Below, one piece after another: positions 26,651 to 40,259 of a stretch of DNA of 64,000 nt. Position 1 is the first letter of the stretch, and every line of letters starts with the position of its first letter. A program made the position numbers and the translations under genes. Origin of the DNA: Sphyrna mokarran (Eukaryota); contig JAGIQG010000004.1 in assembly GCA_024679065.1 (NCBI GenBank), positions 35,278,001 through 35,342,000 on the forward strand. Direction: 5' to 3'. Below the pieces are notes generated by a model, which made no database searches, was not told the origin of the DNA, and was given only the letters and a program-made list of their open reading frames with translations.

Positions 26651-29189
26651 CTCTCGCATCTGTGGGTTTCTCCCCTCAAAGATATTGCCGCACAGGCTGA
26701 GTATTTCCAGCACTTCCTATTATTATTTCAGATTTCCAGCAGTATTTATGCTTTTATTTTATTGATACCTATACTGCAGTGCTAAAACTAAATCGGCCAG
26801 AGCTCATTGCAAAGGGTTACTTAATTGTACATTTACAATGTCACACAGATTAAACATTCTTGTGTTTTGTTTAAAAATTGCGAATTCATCACTGGCATCA
26901 CTGGACCAAAACAGTTTTTTCCCAGTAAAATCAATTATTGTATTAGACTGTATCCATAATTACACCTGCTATATAATCATTACTCTAATCCAAAAGTTGC
27001 TTTTTATACAAATGGCTATTTACCCCTTTCCCCACTACACATCACAAATTTGAACGAGATGATTGGAGAAATCAAGCCTCCTTGTTCTTCTTTCCTGAAA
27101 TCACTTTCTTATTGAAACCTCCTTAAATTATGTTACTATATAAGATGCTCTTACAGTGACCTCAGTTCAGATTTCTTAGCATGCACACCTCTGACTGGCA
27201 TGAGTCCACGGCATGTCACTCACAAGAAATGGCAATCACTAAATATGGCACATTTTGATGTGTGTGTCATTGAATAACTCCATATACTTTAATAGGTGTG
27301 CAATCTATGTCAGCTAGCTGATAATAAATGCCACTCCTAGCATTTCCCTGATGTTAACAGTAGCAGTAATCCACTTCCTGACATATTGGCCATAAACTCC
27401 TTTCAACATCTGTAGCCTATTTTCACATTCTTTGCCAAACAAGTAGGGACAGTGCTTATACAAGTAGATTTCGTGAGGCAGCTTATACACTTCAAGTTAA
27501 ATCATGTATTCTTGTGGTCAAGGTCCTAGGCTTGGAGAATCTGGATGTTATTCACTTGATGTCAGTGTAGCTCGATACTCTCTAAAGGTTTACAAGCATT
27601 TGGAACTGTCTTTCACCTCAAGAAGAAATTGTAGGATAAGCTTTTTCAGGTTGGAAGTTACATGGTACAGACTTTTAACAGCCCACTGGCATTGTACTCT
27701 TTCTCAGTCATTATTTGTACAATTGAGAAAAAGGTATATCAGTTAATCAGTGAACAAACAAGATAAAGACAAGTAGTATCATTCCAGAGTTGGTAATCTA
27801 ATACTTTACTTCACGTTATCTTGTTCCAATTAAAGCGTTGGTTAATGATAAAAGCAGCAGATAATGAGCCACAGAAATCCTTTCCACAACATATTTAATT
27901 CAGTGACCCTACTGAGTTAGCTCATTTTTATAAGCATTCTTGAAAGTTTTCAAGCCAAATTTCTGGCACAGGTTTGATGGGCCAAACGGCCTGTACATGT
28001 GCTATAAGGTCTTTTGTTCAAACTCAAGCCCGGTCTACTTGGATTCAAAACACCTAAATTAATTTTTCAATGTCACAGATTACTGCATTCAATTTATGAT
28101 AGACCTCAGAGAAGTAGAATAATGGAATTGGTGCCTTTGAATGAATAGTTTATTCGTTTTTACTTTCCTATTCATTCTATTCTGAATAAAGGTTCATAAT
28201 GGGATGGCTGAGTACTCTGGCCTTGTAGCAGTGTGTAAGACAGTGAATACCTTTCAATATGTCAGCATGTCTGGAAATGATGCCAAGTCCCAAATACTGT
28301 TCCATGACATGACCTATATAGGCACCAGATTTGCCAAAGGGTGATTATACTTGCAGAAGAGAGCAGTTCAGAACAACATGAGAAATTATGCTACAGTTAA
28401 ACTTTCTCAAGACTGCAGGCAAGACACAGTCTTCAGTTTCCTCTAAAGTGGACTGTAAATTCAGTCACTAATTTCAAAATGCTGATGCATCTGATTCAGT
28501 GCAACCTGCTCTCTAGATGCGACTCCACAAGGTGAAAGTTCCCTGAGAAATTAATGCAGGAGAATCTTGCTCTCAGTAACTCTTGCTCAGCTGTCCATTA
28601 CTGGTAGGAATGGGGCAGATTTTTACCTGGAGGGTCTTTAGCCCCCAAAGCTGCTGGACAAAAATACAGCTGTCTAATCACATAAACTACAGAAAATTAA
28701 CCCCAATGGAGTTAACTCTCCGGCATTTCAGACGCCAGCTGCAGAGCCATCAATCAATATATCAATCAGCATGGGAGCACAAAATCAGTCAGTTTAGGGA
28801 AGAATACAAATCAGACTTCGAAAGACTTTATTGCCATCCTAATCTACTTTTCTGCCCAGTTGTATTACATTGGCAGGCATTATATCACAGTTGGTGCATC
28901 AGAAGTATTCAAAAAACATTTTGATAGGTCATCAGTACCTCAAATTGTTTACAATGAATGTTCAGAGATTTTACTCCAGAATTTGAGATTTCTGCAGCTA
29001 CGAATACTGTTGATGTCAATCAGGTGACTGCAATATTTTCTATTTACCTTTGTGATTCACAGTTGAAGTAGTAAGTTTGAAAATGGCCTCCAAGGACAAG
29101 ATATTTTGATGCAGTTTTTATATTTCAGCTCTGCATCTGTTTATACCAAGGAAGAAAATGCTGCCAGCTATACTGAAATAGGAGGCAGT

Positions 29190-31280
29190 TGACATACCAG
29201 ATGGACTAAAGATTGTCATGGGAAGTTTTAGAAAGACTGCTATACTTCAAGTTGATAAGTCACCAGGATCAGATGAGATGCATCCAAAGATGCTGAGCTA
29301 GATAAAGATGTAAATTGCTGAGGTACTTCCAACAATCTTCCAGTATTCCTTAGAGTTGAGGGGTTGTGCTAGAGGACAGAAGAACTGTAAATGTTATACT
29401 CATGTTCAAAAAACATATGCATTTTAACTTCAGTGTTCAGAAAACCTTTAGAAATGATAATCTGGGATGAAATTGGGCAAGTAAAGATTAATTGAGGAAA
29501 TCCATCATGGATTTGTCAAAGGCACATCAGGTTTAACTGATTTGTTTTAAATTTTTAATGATAATACAGAGGGTTAATGAGAATAAAGCAGTTGATGTGG
29601 CATGCAAGGACTTCAAAAGGCAGTTTTTAAAGGCCACCATAATAGGCTGGTAAGCAAAGTTGAAGCTCATGGAATAAAACGAACAGTAACAACATGGATT
29701 CAAAGTTGGCTGAGTGACAGAAAACGGAGAGAATAATGGATATTTTTTGATCTGGAGGAAGGTATCCACTGGGGTTATCCAAGTTTCAGTTCGAGAACCA
29801 CTGCTTCTCCTGATAACTAAAGTTTTTAGTGTACAGGGAATAGTCTCAAAATCTGCAGGTTAAGCCAAAACTTAGAATAATTATAAACTGAGAGGAAGAT
29901 AGTATTAGATTTCAAGAGGATATGGACACATGGATTTCTATCAGAAAGACTTTAATGCAAATAATTATCAAATTATATGTTTTGGCAGAAAGATTGAGGA
30001 GAGGCAATATGAAATAAAGAGTACAAGGAGACAATTCTCACAGCCTACTCACCACTCTAGCAATGCAAGGACCAGGACACATCAGTGGAGGCCATTAAGT
30101 GGGCCCCTGCTAGGCACCACTGCCTCTGATTCTAAGATTTTTGGAGTCATCAGCTCCGCACTGTAAATTGGAACTGAAGTCTCCAGGCCCACTAGCGTCT
30201 TCTCCGTGCCAGGAGTGGTTCCCTCCAGCAGGGTTCATATCTGCTCCACATTGGAAGGAACAAAGTTACTGAGGCCCCACCAGGAGGGTGGGGGTAAGTG
30301 GGGGTGCCCTCTGGGCAATGCCTGCCTGGCCCCTGGCAGTGCCCAAGGGGAAAACTGGCAATCCCAAGGGGGTGTCAGGCAGTGCCAATAGGGTGGGGCC
30401 AGAGGGGGTTGGGGCAATTGGGCGGGGGGGGGGACTTGCTGCAGAGGGATTGTGGGGAGAGACATAGGGCCCAGAAAGGTCTTTGAGCCCAACAACGGGA
30501 GGGTTAGGAGCTCGAAGGGACTGACAGATAGGCACATATACAGTGGCTCACTCAGTAGGAATAGGCCCCACCCCCAATTTTCAGAATGAATCTCGCTAGT
30601 GCACTCTGCAGTGCTGGAAATTCATTCTGAAAATCACACTAAAAAAAAAATCAACAGGAATTATTCCCAATTTCGCACAAATTCGGCACTTAGAATATTT
30701 TTGGAAGAATTCCCCCACCGCCGGGGTAAATATGTCAAAAATGCTGAAGATGGCAGGACACCTGGAGAAATTAGTTAATAACAAACACAGGTTCCTGGAA
30801 CTTATAATAAGAGGATTAGAGTGAAACAGATGAGAGATGTTATTATGATCTTTACACAACACTGGTTTGGCCTCAACTGAACTTTACGTCTAATTCTGAG
30901 CACCAACTTTAGGAAGAGTATGAAGATAACAGAGAGGGTGCAGAGAAGTATGGTCTTGGGGATGAGAGACTTCAGTTATGTGGAATGACTGGAGCAGCTA
31001 CTGTTGTTCTTCTTGGAGATTTGATATAGATGTTCAAAAGCATGAGGTGCCTCAACAGTGTAAATAGAGAGAAATTGTTTCCCACTTCTAAAGAATCAAG
31101 AATTGTAGGACATTGATTTGAGGTGATTGACAAAGGAACCAATCCAGCACAAGGAAACTAATTTTTACACAGCAAGCATTAGGATCTTGAATGCACTACC
31201 TGAGAGGGTGGTGGTGGCATATTCAAAAGGGAATTGGGGAAGCGTCCTCCTATGCTGCAACCGTTCTATGATTCCATGAT
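29190..31280 (+). mobile_element. Decayed CR1 LINE interrupted by a MITE
   Basis: DKSPGSDEMHPK-like remnant at ~29253-29290, WIQSWLSDRK at ~29695-29725, 'ttctatgattccatgatt' tail. Confidence 0.75.
30027..30716. mobile_element. GC-rich non-autonomous DNA transposon (Harbinger-like MITE)
   Basis: Termini ggagacaattctc / gaagaattccccc; internal 15-bp perfect inverted repeat 30577-30591 / 30620-30634; interrupts the CR1. Confidence 0.55.
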
Positions 31281-31302
31281 TCACTAATTCTAATTTTTCA
31301 AC

Positions 31303-31604
31303 GTAGAAACCCTACAATGCAGAAGAAGGGCATTCAGCTCATCAAGTCTGCACCGACTCTCCAATAGAATATATTATGCAGGTCCTATCCCCATAATTCC
31401 ACATATTTACACTGCTAATCCTCTTAACCTACAAGGGGCAATTTAGCATGGCCCAATTCAACTACCCTGTACATCTATGGACCATGGGTGCCATGAGGAA
31501 ACCCACACAGGGAGAACATGCAAACTCCACACAGTTACCCAAGACTGGAATCAAACCCGGATCCCTGGTGCTGGGGAGCAGCAGTGCTAGCCACTGTGCC
31601 ACTG
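31303..31604 (-). mobile_element. HE1-type SINE
   Basis: Same tail, V-domain and head as 26327-26650. Confidence 0.8.
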
Positions 31605-32544
31605 AACGTGACTGTGTAGTCCAAGTCATTGGTCAAGGACACATACATTGCTTATTATTAATGAGATAAGCTCGTGATGTCTTTCCAGATGAAGAGAATT
31701 GTATTTAGCTTCCAAAGCCTGAAGTGAAAGGGTCTATGAAAGGAAATGGAGGACCAGTATACACAAGTCACAAAGGCCAGAGAGTTATTAAAACAAATCT
31801 TCAAAGATGTCAGGCTTGTAACAATTATCTAGTGGATAAAATGTAATGTCTAGTATAGCATTAAGACATTGAGACTACAAGATTCAATTTCCAGTATATG
31901 GACTCCTGGAAAACAGAGGGCAAAACTTTACCAGTCTTCCCACTCTTGATCTATGGATACTCTTTATGCTAGAAAATTGGGTCAAAATACTCGAACTCCC
32001 TCCCTAACAGCACTGTGGATGTTTCTTTACCTCAGGGACACCAGCAGTTCAATGTGGCAGTTACCATCACATTTGGATAGATAATTAGAGGTGAGCAATA
32101 AATGTTGGCTTAGCCAGCAATGCCCACATCCCATAAGATAAAGATGTAAAAATTATCAATGTCTGCTCCACCTCCAAATTTGGTATCATTGGCAAATTTT
32201 GAAACTTTCCTCTACTTCATTCCAGGATCCAAATAATTTCTATTTTCTCTAATCAATTCTGTCACAGCTCCCTTATTTCCCTCCCTATCTGCTCTTAACA
32301 CTTTATATCACTGAATATTTACATGCCCTGTCCTCACCATTTTTAACTACAATACTTGTAACTCACTAAACTTACGCACTACACTCTGTGCAATTATATA
32401 CACATAATGTCTGTGCATGCCTTGAAGTCCTTCTTAATCTGCTGCTAATAATGTACTAATTCCTTCTCTAGTATTATCCAACACTCTCATCTCATGCACT
32501 TTATTCCTCTTTTTTTATTTCTGTATGTCAGAGCCCATTTATTT

Positions 32545-32716
32545 TCAGCCAATTTATTTTAAACCATACAGGAGTCTCCCCGCTCGAAAACTGATCCTTG
32601 CCCTGTTGAGGCTCAACATTTGAATAGGTACCTCCTGTCCCAAAAGTGGTCCAATAGCCCCAAGAACCTGAAGCCCTTTTTCCTGCACCATGCTTCAAGC
32701 CAGAAGTTAATTCCCT
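32545..32716 (-). mobile_element. CR1 ORF1 (SGNH esterase-like) remnant
   Basis: INFWLEAWCRKKGFRFLGLLDHFWDRRYLFK resembles the CR1 ORF1 motif LNxWLxxWCRREGFRFLDHW. Confidence 0.65.
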
Positions 32717-32970
32717 GGGGGGCAAGTACAGGGGACATGTTAGGGGTAGGTTTTTCACTCAGAGGCTGAGAGTGAATGGAATCGGCTGCCGTCAGTGGTA
32801 GTAGAGGCAAACTCGGTGGAGTCTTTTAAGAGACTTCTGCATGAGTACAGGGGATTTAATGGGATTGGGAGTTACAGATAGTTCTATGGCCTGATAGGTA
32901 CGGATATGATCGGCACAACTTGTAGGCCAAAGGGCCTGTTTGTGCTGTAGTATTCTATGTTCTGTGTTCT
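32717..32970 (+). mobile_element. CR1 extreme 3' end
   Basis: GRFFTQR..WN-like remnant and tail 'gggcctgtttgtgctgtagtattctatgttctgtgttct'. Confidence 0.75.
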
Positions 32971-33879
32971 TCATATTTCTAATCTCACTAACTTTCATTT
33001 TCTAGGATTACAGATAGAGAAATTATCCCTTGTCATCTTTGCATCTTGAAAGATGCAGTCTCTTTATGGAATAGGTTCAACGGACACTGGAAGTTACTGG
33101 TGTATTGCCCAAGGGGCCATTATTTACTATAAGCCTAGACTATTAGAGCTGAAATAGCCAATATACTATTAGATAAATTATTCCATTGACAGGAAGGAAT
33201 TCTGACATTTTTCTACAAGAGGAAATAGATAGGAGTTTATATTGACATACCAACATACATACATACACATTCTGGGCAACAGTAGATTTCTTGACAAATC
33301 GCCCCACCTCCACTATTCAACAAGATTGTAGCTGACCTGACTGTAACTTCAAATGCCCCTGATAACCTTTCAGCCTTTGGCTTATTAAGAATTTACCTTA
33401 CTCTATTAAAAAATATTCAAAGACTCTGCTTCCACTGCCTTTTGAGAGAGAATTCAAAAGATTCTCAACCCGCTGTGAGGAAAAAATATTCATCGTTGTC
33501 TAAAATGGGCAACCTTTTCTTTATATTTAAATGGTGACCCTTACTTCTAGATTCTCAACAAGAGGAAGCATCCTTTCCAACCAATCCTCTCAAGACCTCT
33601 TAGGATATTGTCTTATTTTATACCGGCTAAAATTATCTAGTTTTCTTTAATAGAAGGCAATATCATATAGTCATAGATGGCGAATCAGTAAGAAATAAAT
33701 TTGAGACTGCAGTTATCTATTCCATCCCTTTGGAGCAATGTAAATGTATGAACTGGATTGAGCAAGGCTTCACAGCAGTTAAACAGGCAATGGAGGACAA
33801 CCATATTGCTTTGATGTATTTACCTACTGTAGTACTGTGCGTGATGCCGTATCATTTACTTTCCCATTGTGTCTGACGT

Positions 33880-34316
33880 GAATCAGTGATGGCAATCTCA
33901 TCTTAGAGTCAGAAGATTATGGGTTTGATTGCAGAGGTTTGAGCACAAAATCTCGACCGACACTTCAATGCAGTAATGAGAGAGCGCTGCACTGTCATTC
34001 AGATGAGATGTTAAATTGAGGTGTTGTCTGCACTCTATGGTGGATGTAAATGATCCCACATCACTGCTTCACAGAAGAGCTGGGGAATTTTCCCTGATGT
34101 CCTCGCCAATATTTCTCACTCAATCAATGTTACTAAAAACAGCTGATCTTTCTAGTCATTATCACATTGCTACCTGTGAGAGCTTGCTGTGCACTAATTG
34201 GCTGCCAGGTTTTCTAAAATACAACAATGAGATCACTTTAAATGTATTTAACTGGTTGTAAAGCACTTTGGCTCACCCTGAAATCACACAAGGCATTATA
34301 TAAACGTAAGCCTTTC
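33880..34316 (+). mobile_element. Deu-domain SINE (SacSINE1-like), near full length
   Basis: 'cagatgagatgttaaattgagg..gtggatgtaaatgatccca..gtcctcgccaatattt..cattatcacattgct..ttgctgtgcactaattggctgcc..gtaaagcactttgg..ggcattatataaa' follows the DeuSINE layout as I recall it. Confidence 0.75.
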
Positions 34317-34536
34317 AAACTAGTTCAATTCCATAATGATAGTCCAGAGTAAGTGGTTTAAAAAAATTTGTAATGAAGGGAGTAAGTCATCATAAGATCA
34401 CTAATATCTAAAAAGAGAGAAGTAAGACCACCTATCTTACTGCTGAAAATGATGGGATAATAATTGGAAGAGTGACCTATTTCTAAAGACAGAAGTTTGT
34501 CCCAATTCAAGTGAAAAAAAACTGGGGGCACAGGCA

Positions 34537-34901
34537 CAGTAAGAAGTCTCACAACACTAGGTTTAAGTCCAACCAATTTATTTGATAGTAAACTCACAAG
34601 CTTTTGGGGTTTGCCTCTTCATCAGATGAGTGGAGAGTTCTGGCCTCAGACACAGCATATGACCTGTTATTGAGGTTAGTTGTAAAGCAGGTTAGTTATA
34701 AAGGCTCACATTCTAATCAGTAATCTGTAAACTGTCTGTGCTGTTATATTCTCTGTCTGAGGCCAGAACTCTCCGTTCACCTGACAAAGGGGCAAACGCT
34801 GAAAGCTTGTGAGTTTACTATCAAATACATCGGTTGGACTTAAACCTGGTGTTGTCAGACTTCTTACTGTGTTTACCCCAGTCCAATGCTGGCATCTCCA
34901 C
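34537..34901. mobile_element. Penelope family A fold-back element, ~125-bp inverted arms each with a mutated hammerhead
   Basis: Arms ~34535-34660 / ~34745-34871; one-sided tail 34872-34901; 10-bp TSD ggcacaggca (34527-34536 / 34902-34911). Confidence 0.8.
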
Positions 34902-35259
34902 GGCACAGGCAAATCCATTTTTAAATCTTCTGACTTTTTAAAAATTATCCTACGTCTAATTTATCAAACATAACATGGAAATGTCAGAAATGTGAGTGTA
35001 AAATGTGTAAGAAGCTATCTTTATGAGTTTGGCATGATATGACACTCATGCACTCTCTACTAGGCCTCTTCGTGTTGTTCTCTTGAAAGGAGACATTAAC
35101 TTTAAACAAAAGGTAAAAACACAAAAAGGATGTTCCGCAAGGTCCAGGTGAGACAGAAAATCAAACTGTATCAATGCTTTCGATATGTAAGTCAAATTAC
35201 ATTTAAAAAAACGCAATCCAATATTTAGCCAGTCCGCAGATAATTGAGCAATCATCATG

Positions 35260-35640
35260 GCTAATGATCAGAGAAGAGGATTTGAGCAAGTTCCAGTTAC
35301 ACAAAATTACTGGAGTGGTCTGGAGGTATTGGTTTCACCGGTGGAAGGCGGTCTGATGTCTTTGGACAATGTTGCATTGGGTAAATAAAAAGGAGTAGGG
35401 TTAAGAATCCTTGAAGGACAGTGTAGGGGTAAGAAAAGAAGTTACTGCTGGATATTCTCTGGCTACGATTACGTAGTTAAGAATGGACAGTTCCACTGAG
35501 CTGGACTACCGCAGAGCTGCTCAGGGAGGACTGCACATTTGTCTTGTTAGGGGCTGCAGGGATGAATGAAGTGGAAAATACATTATTATCACAATCAGAG
35601 AAGATATCATTTGTGACTTTGATCAAGCACTGGATTGATA
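35260..35640 (-). mobile_element. L2 LINE remnant
   Basis: CLIKVTNDIFSDCD in ORF 35477-35689(-) resembles the L2 RT motif ALxKVTNDIL. Confidence 0.55.
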
Positions 35641-36817
35641 TTTGATGATTTAATTTGTTTTGTATATGATCGCCATGCAGACCTTTCACTCACTGTTCAT
35701 GTAGCTGTCCACTGCAGCTCTCCGGGGATCAGTGCAAAAGCTTTAAGAGATATCCCTGTGGCTTCTTGTCTCCACTGTGCAAGGAATTTAAAATAAATTT
35801 CATATTAATTCCCTAAGTTTACAATATCCAGGCATGGAGTAAAACTTGTTTCAGCACCAAGTCACAGACAGATCAACAACAGAACAATAATGCTGGTGAA
35901 AATGGGCAGAATCTTGTGCTCGTGCTGATGGTGAGCTTGGAGGCAGAAAGGGCAATTACTGAGGTGGGGTGCTGGCATACCTGAACCCCATCACCTTTCC
36001 GTCACCACCAAAACCCTCTTCTCATCTTTCAATTGGTTATCTGCAGCCTGGCTCCTCTACAATCCTGAGATTTTGGGGGATGTCCTCCTGACAGCAGCCA
36101 TAGGCTCCTCAGTGGCACTGTTTATAGTTCTCACTGGGTGGGGTTCCACCCTGGTCTTAATTGCAGGGGAAGGCCTACCAGTGGCCTCACCATCACCAGA
36201 TTGCTATGCAGTTCACTGGGCACAGCAGGTTTCTCACCAGTGCTCCAAAGATTCCTGATGCCACAACAAGAATTTGCACAGTATAATACCTTCAGTGACA
36301 TGCTGTCGGAGGTCCTTGGCTACGAGCAACCTTAGGCACACTTTGTCGAATCTTAATACGCCCCCATGCATGCAATGCAAGGTCCTTAATTACTTGTGCA
36401 CAAGGAGAACTCCTCTCCCTCAGCAAAACGGCTGGATTAGTTCTGACATTACAGAGAAACAACTTAGCAGTTATAGTCAATACATATTTGCCAATTAAAT
36501 CTTGGCTTTTTGTCCTTCCCCATTCAATGAAAAATTGACTTCTGATAATCCTTCATTTGCATAGCATATCTCCATATCTCGCCTCTGGTATTTGTTATGG
36601 AAAAAATCTGGTCTTGTTCATCTTTTGGTGAAAGCCAAAAGCAGAATGTTATGCGGCCTAGTATTACGCAGACAGGCTCCCTTGAAGGTCTGCGACTGAT
36701 AACATTCTTGCAAGCTGTTACAGAGAAGGCATGATTTTTAAAAAAAAACTCAGCATTTTAACTTCCATTGACTTTTGAGTGGCAGTATGGCAACCTTGCA
36801 GGGGTACAGCGTAATGA

Positions 36818-36821
<4 letters not shown>

Positions 36822-36887
<66 letters not shown>
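36822..36887. repeat. (GT)33 microsatellite
   Basis: Perfect dinucleotide run. Confidence 0.98.
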
Positions 36888-36888
<1 letters not shown>

Positions 36889-37142
36889 TCTTATATACAC
36901 ATGCAAACTTGTGTTAGGAGTCTCAGAAAGAAATTGGTTCAAACCTCCTGACTTAGTGGAATCTCGCCTGCCTACCAAAATGGGGTTTGTCACAAATCAC
37001 TCAACAGATTGAACTCTCCTTTCTTAATTTACATTCCAACTTGGGATGGAACAAGAGCATTCTAGTCCACACTTGTTCACCTTGAAATAATCAACAAAAG
37101 TTGATCAAGAGTTTCAAAAAAGCTGCATATTCTTCTCATGAT

Positions 37143-37360
37143 CGTATGGGTTTCCTCCAGGTGTTCCGGTTTCCTCCCACAGTCCAAAGATGTGTGGGTT
37201 AGGTGGATTGGCTAGACTGAATTGCTCTTTAATGTCAGGGGGATAAGATAGGGTAAATGCATGGGGTTAATTGGTGTAGGGCATGGGTGGGATTGCAATC
37301 AGTGCAGACTCAATGGGCTGAATGGTCTCCTTCTGCACTGTAGGATTCTATGATTCTATG
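37143..37360 (+). mobile_element. HE1-type SINE, 5'-truncated
   Basis: tgggtttcctccaggtgttccggtttcctcccacagtccaaagatgtg..gggctgaatggtctccttctgcactgtaggattctatgattctatg. Confidence 0.8.
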
Positions 37361-37524
37361 ACCCTGTCCCCAACATCACTAATTCCACTAAAAAAAACAG
37401 CAGGACATGAAATTGCAATAATGTAGGCTGCATGATTATTCGACATTCAATCACTTTTATAGGGACAAAAAAAAACTCTGAAGAACCTGCACTTTGTGAG
37501 AGTCAAGTCTCACAAAAAGGGTGA

Positions 37525-38000
37525 AAGGGTGGAAAGAGTGCAGAGGAGGTTTACCAGGATGTTGCCTGTTATGATGGGTAGGTCTTATGAGGAAAGGCTA
37601 AGGGACTTGAAGTTATTTTCATGAGAGAGAAGAAGGCTAAGAGGCGACTTAATTGAGACATATAAGATGATCAGAGGGTTAGATAGGGTGGACAGTGAGA
37701 GCCTTTTTCTTCAGATGGAGATGGATAACACAAGGGGACATAGCTTTAAATTAAGGGTCGATAGTTATAGAACAGATGCTAGAGGTGGGTTCTTTGCTCA
37801 GAGGGTAGTAAGGGCGTGGAACGCCTTGCCTGCAGCAGTTGTGGACTCGTCAAGTTTGAGGGCATTCAAATAGTCAGTGGATAGGCATATGGATAGCATT
37901 GGAATAGTTTAGGATAGAGGGTCATAAAATTGGTTCCATTGGTCGGCGCAACATCGAGGGCCGAAGGGCCTGTACTGCACTGTAATGTTCTATGTTCTAT
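37525..38000 (+). mobile_element. CR1 3' end, relatively young
   Basis: ERVQRRFTRMLP..RGDLIETYKMIRGLDRVD..FFAQRVVRAWNALP; tail 'ttctatgttctat'. Confidence 0.9.
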
Positions 38001-39832
38001 CGATGTTCTAAGTCACGAATCATTATGGAGAAATGTGGGTTACTGATGACACAGGTATACTTTCTACTTCCTAGCTGAATCAATTGAAAGTTACATCAGG
38101 AAATTCTGAATTATATCACTCCTGAATACATTTTCTAATACCCTGGGGTCTGCCATCAGTTGTCCGTCAGCTGTCTGTCAGTCTAAAAATAATTTATCCT
38201 GGAACAGTTACAGATGTTCAAGATATGTAAAAGTAGATGTACAGACATCAATATAACTTTACAGGGAGCAATTCCTTACTGCGAATTTAACCCATCCATG
38301 TGTATTTGTGAGGGACAGTGTGCCTTTTCGACCCAGTGCTTGCTTTTCCATGTTTCTCGAAAAATAAGCATGCATTTTAAACTCTCATGTTCCTCCAAGG
38401 TCACTCTACAAAGGTCATTCAAAAAGTTAAGGGAATAAAAAAATACAAACATTGGGAGACTAAATCAATACTGGTTTGTGTTGTGCTGCGATGTGACTGA
38501 TGAAATAGTGTAGAGAGGAGGTCTTGGAAAGTGTCAGATAGGACGTGACTATGTGGCATGGTGTGGAATGAAAAAATACAAGAATCTGGCACAATGTGGG
38601 AATGTTGCCGCAACAGTATAATGCTCACTCATAGAATGGGCATTCCCACTAGATACAGACCAGTTAAAAGCATAAGACAACACATTTAAATTTGTGTCAA
38701 TTAAGAACAGACTTAAAACGCAGGATAAGTTATTCAGTGTGGATAACAATATTGTATCGCTCCCAATAAGTACAACAGGTTTGTCTTACTCCCAGTTTGT
38801 TCTTGGCAGTCTGACTTTTCGTTACCTAAATAAAATGCTGCTTAAGACAGAATTCTTATTATTCCCAGGCACTCAGCAAATTGACCCATTCCAATTCTTT
38901 GAAGTGTAACAATTAAATAACTTTTCACCCACTCCCATGATTGCAATAACACCCTGTAATTTACTTTTGAAGTTCTTCTCGACCTGACGTAAAGTATCCT
39001 TCCACACACTGTACAGAATATCCATGATCGTTCAATGTTGAATTCCACTTATTTTGTCAACTTATTTCCATGTTGGAGATTTCCCTGTCCCAGTATTTTT
39101 CCTTCACGTGAATGTTTTCCCACACAACTGCTTCCCAACTGGCGTGCCTTGCACTGTGAGTTGTGAAGGTTGCTCAAGTGTGCCAGGAGCTTAGTTTCAA
39201 AATTAATGTCTATACATATTTAGGAAATCCAACTTATCTTAGCCTTGCGCTCAGAGGTTGGGTTCTCCAAGTCCCAATGAACGTTGGGCCTCTTGAGCAT
39301 GCACTGGCTGGAAAAGGGTTGCATGTATGTAGTTTGGATTCTTCACGTTCGTCAGTTTCTTGTGCAGGCCCATGTACCTGCACAGTCAGGGAAAATGGAA
39401 AAAGAGCACGAAAACCCAGTGAAAGAAAGGGAGATAGGGAAGAGAGGATAGAGCCATGCCCAAAAAAGTCCCATATAAAAGAAGAAGACAGGGTTCAGAA
39501 ATGAACCATTAAGTTAAAGAAAAAGCAGGCTCCAACAGAGAGGGGGCTACAGGGAACCAACCTTAAGTGAAGTGGGTTGGGGCAAACCCTAATATTTGAA
39601 GGGACCTCAGAAAAAGATCCAAGGTGGCACCAAACTGATGGTTAACTCTGTGCTGTGGGGCATTGGAGCAAGGGTACACCTTCGGAGCAGTAGTGTTCTG
39701 CTTAGCAAGGCCAACAGTTGAAATTGCACTTGTACATTGACACTAGAGGGCATCTATTGCGTTGTGTGGTGTGTTCGACACGGTTAATTCACACGTATCT
39801 TTTACTCACCCCAAGTGAACTGCTGACATGTA

Positions 39833-39958
39833 GGCCGGTATTTTACGACCTTGCTCTGGCGAGGCTTGTAAAATCCTGCCCGAGGCCAACACAGAATTCT
39901 GTTCTACGAGCCTTGCCCGCCCCGATTTCAGTATGAGCATGCAATAAAAATTCTGGCC
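39833..39958. mobile_element. MITE (Harbinger-like)
   Basis: TIRs ggccggtatttta / taaaaattctggcc; core 'aaaatcctgcccgagg' shared with 18579-18706. Confidence 0.6.
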
Positions 39959-40259
39959 ACAATGTACGATACACACGGCCACGGATAAGTTCTTGAAGAA
40001 AATTGAAGAATCTCACTCTGATTCAAAACAATGGAACTTTGACAAAAGCAAGGTTCATACACAGACAGTAACAACAACCAGCTCCTTGGCTTTTAGATTT
40101 TTGTGGACTGGTATTGCCTCTTGCCATGTCCCAGAATGCCTAATTTATAGGGAGAAATAAGTTGAAGCGCCATTTGAATACAAAACACTGCTTGCCAGCA
40201 AGAATATTTCTGGGAATAAAGGATAAAGCAAAACCAACATCTGATGGGAGTTCAAATAA

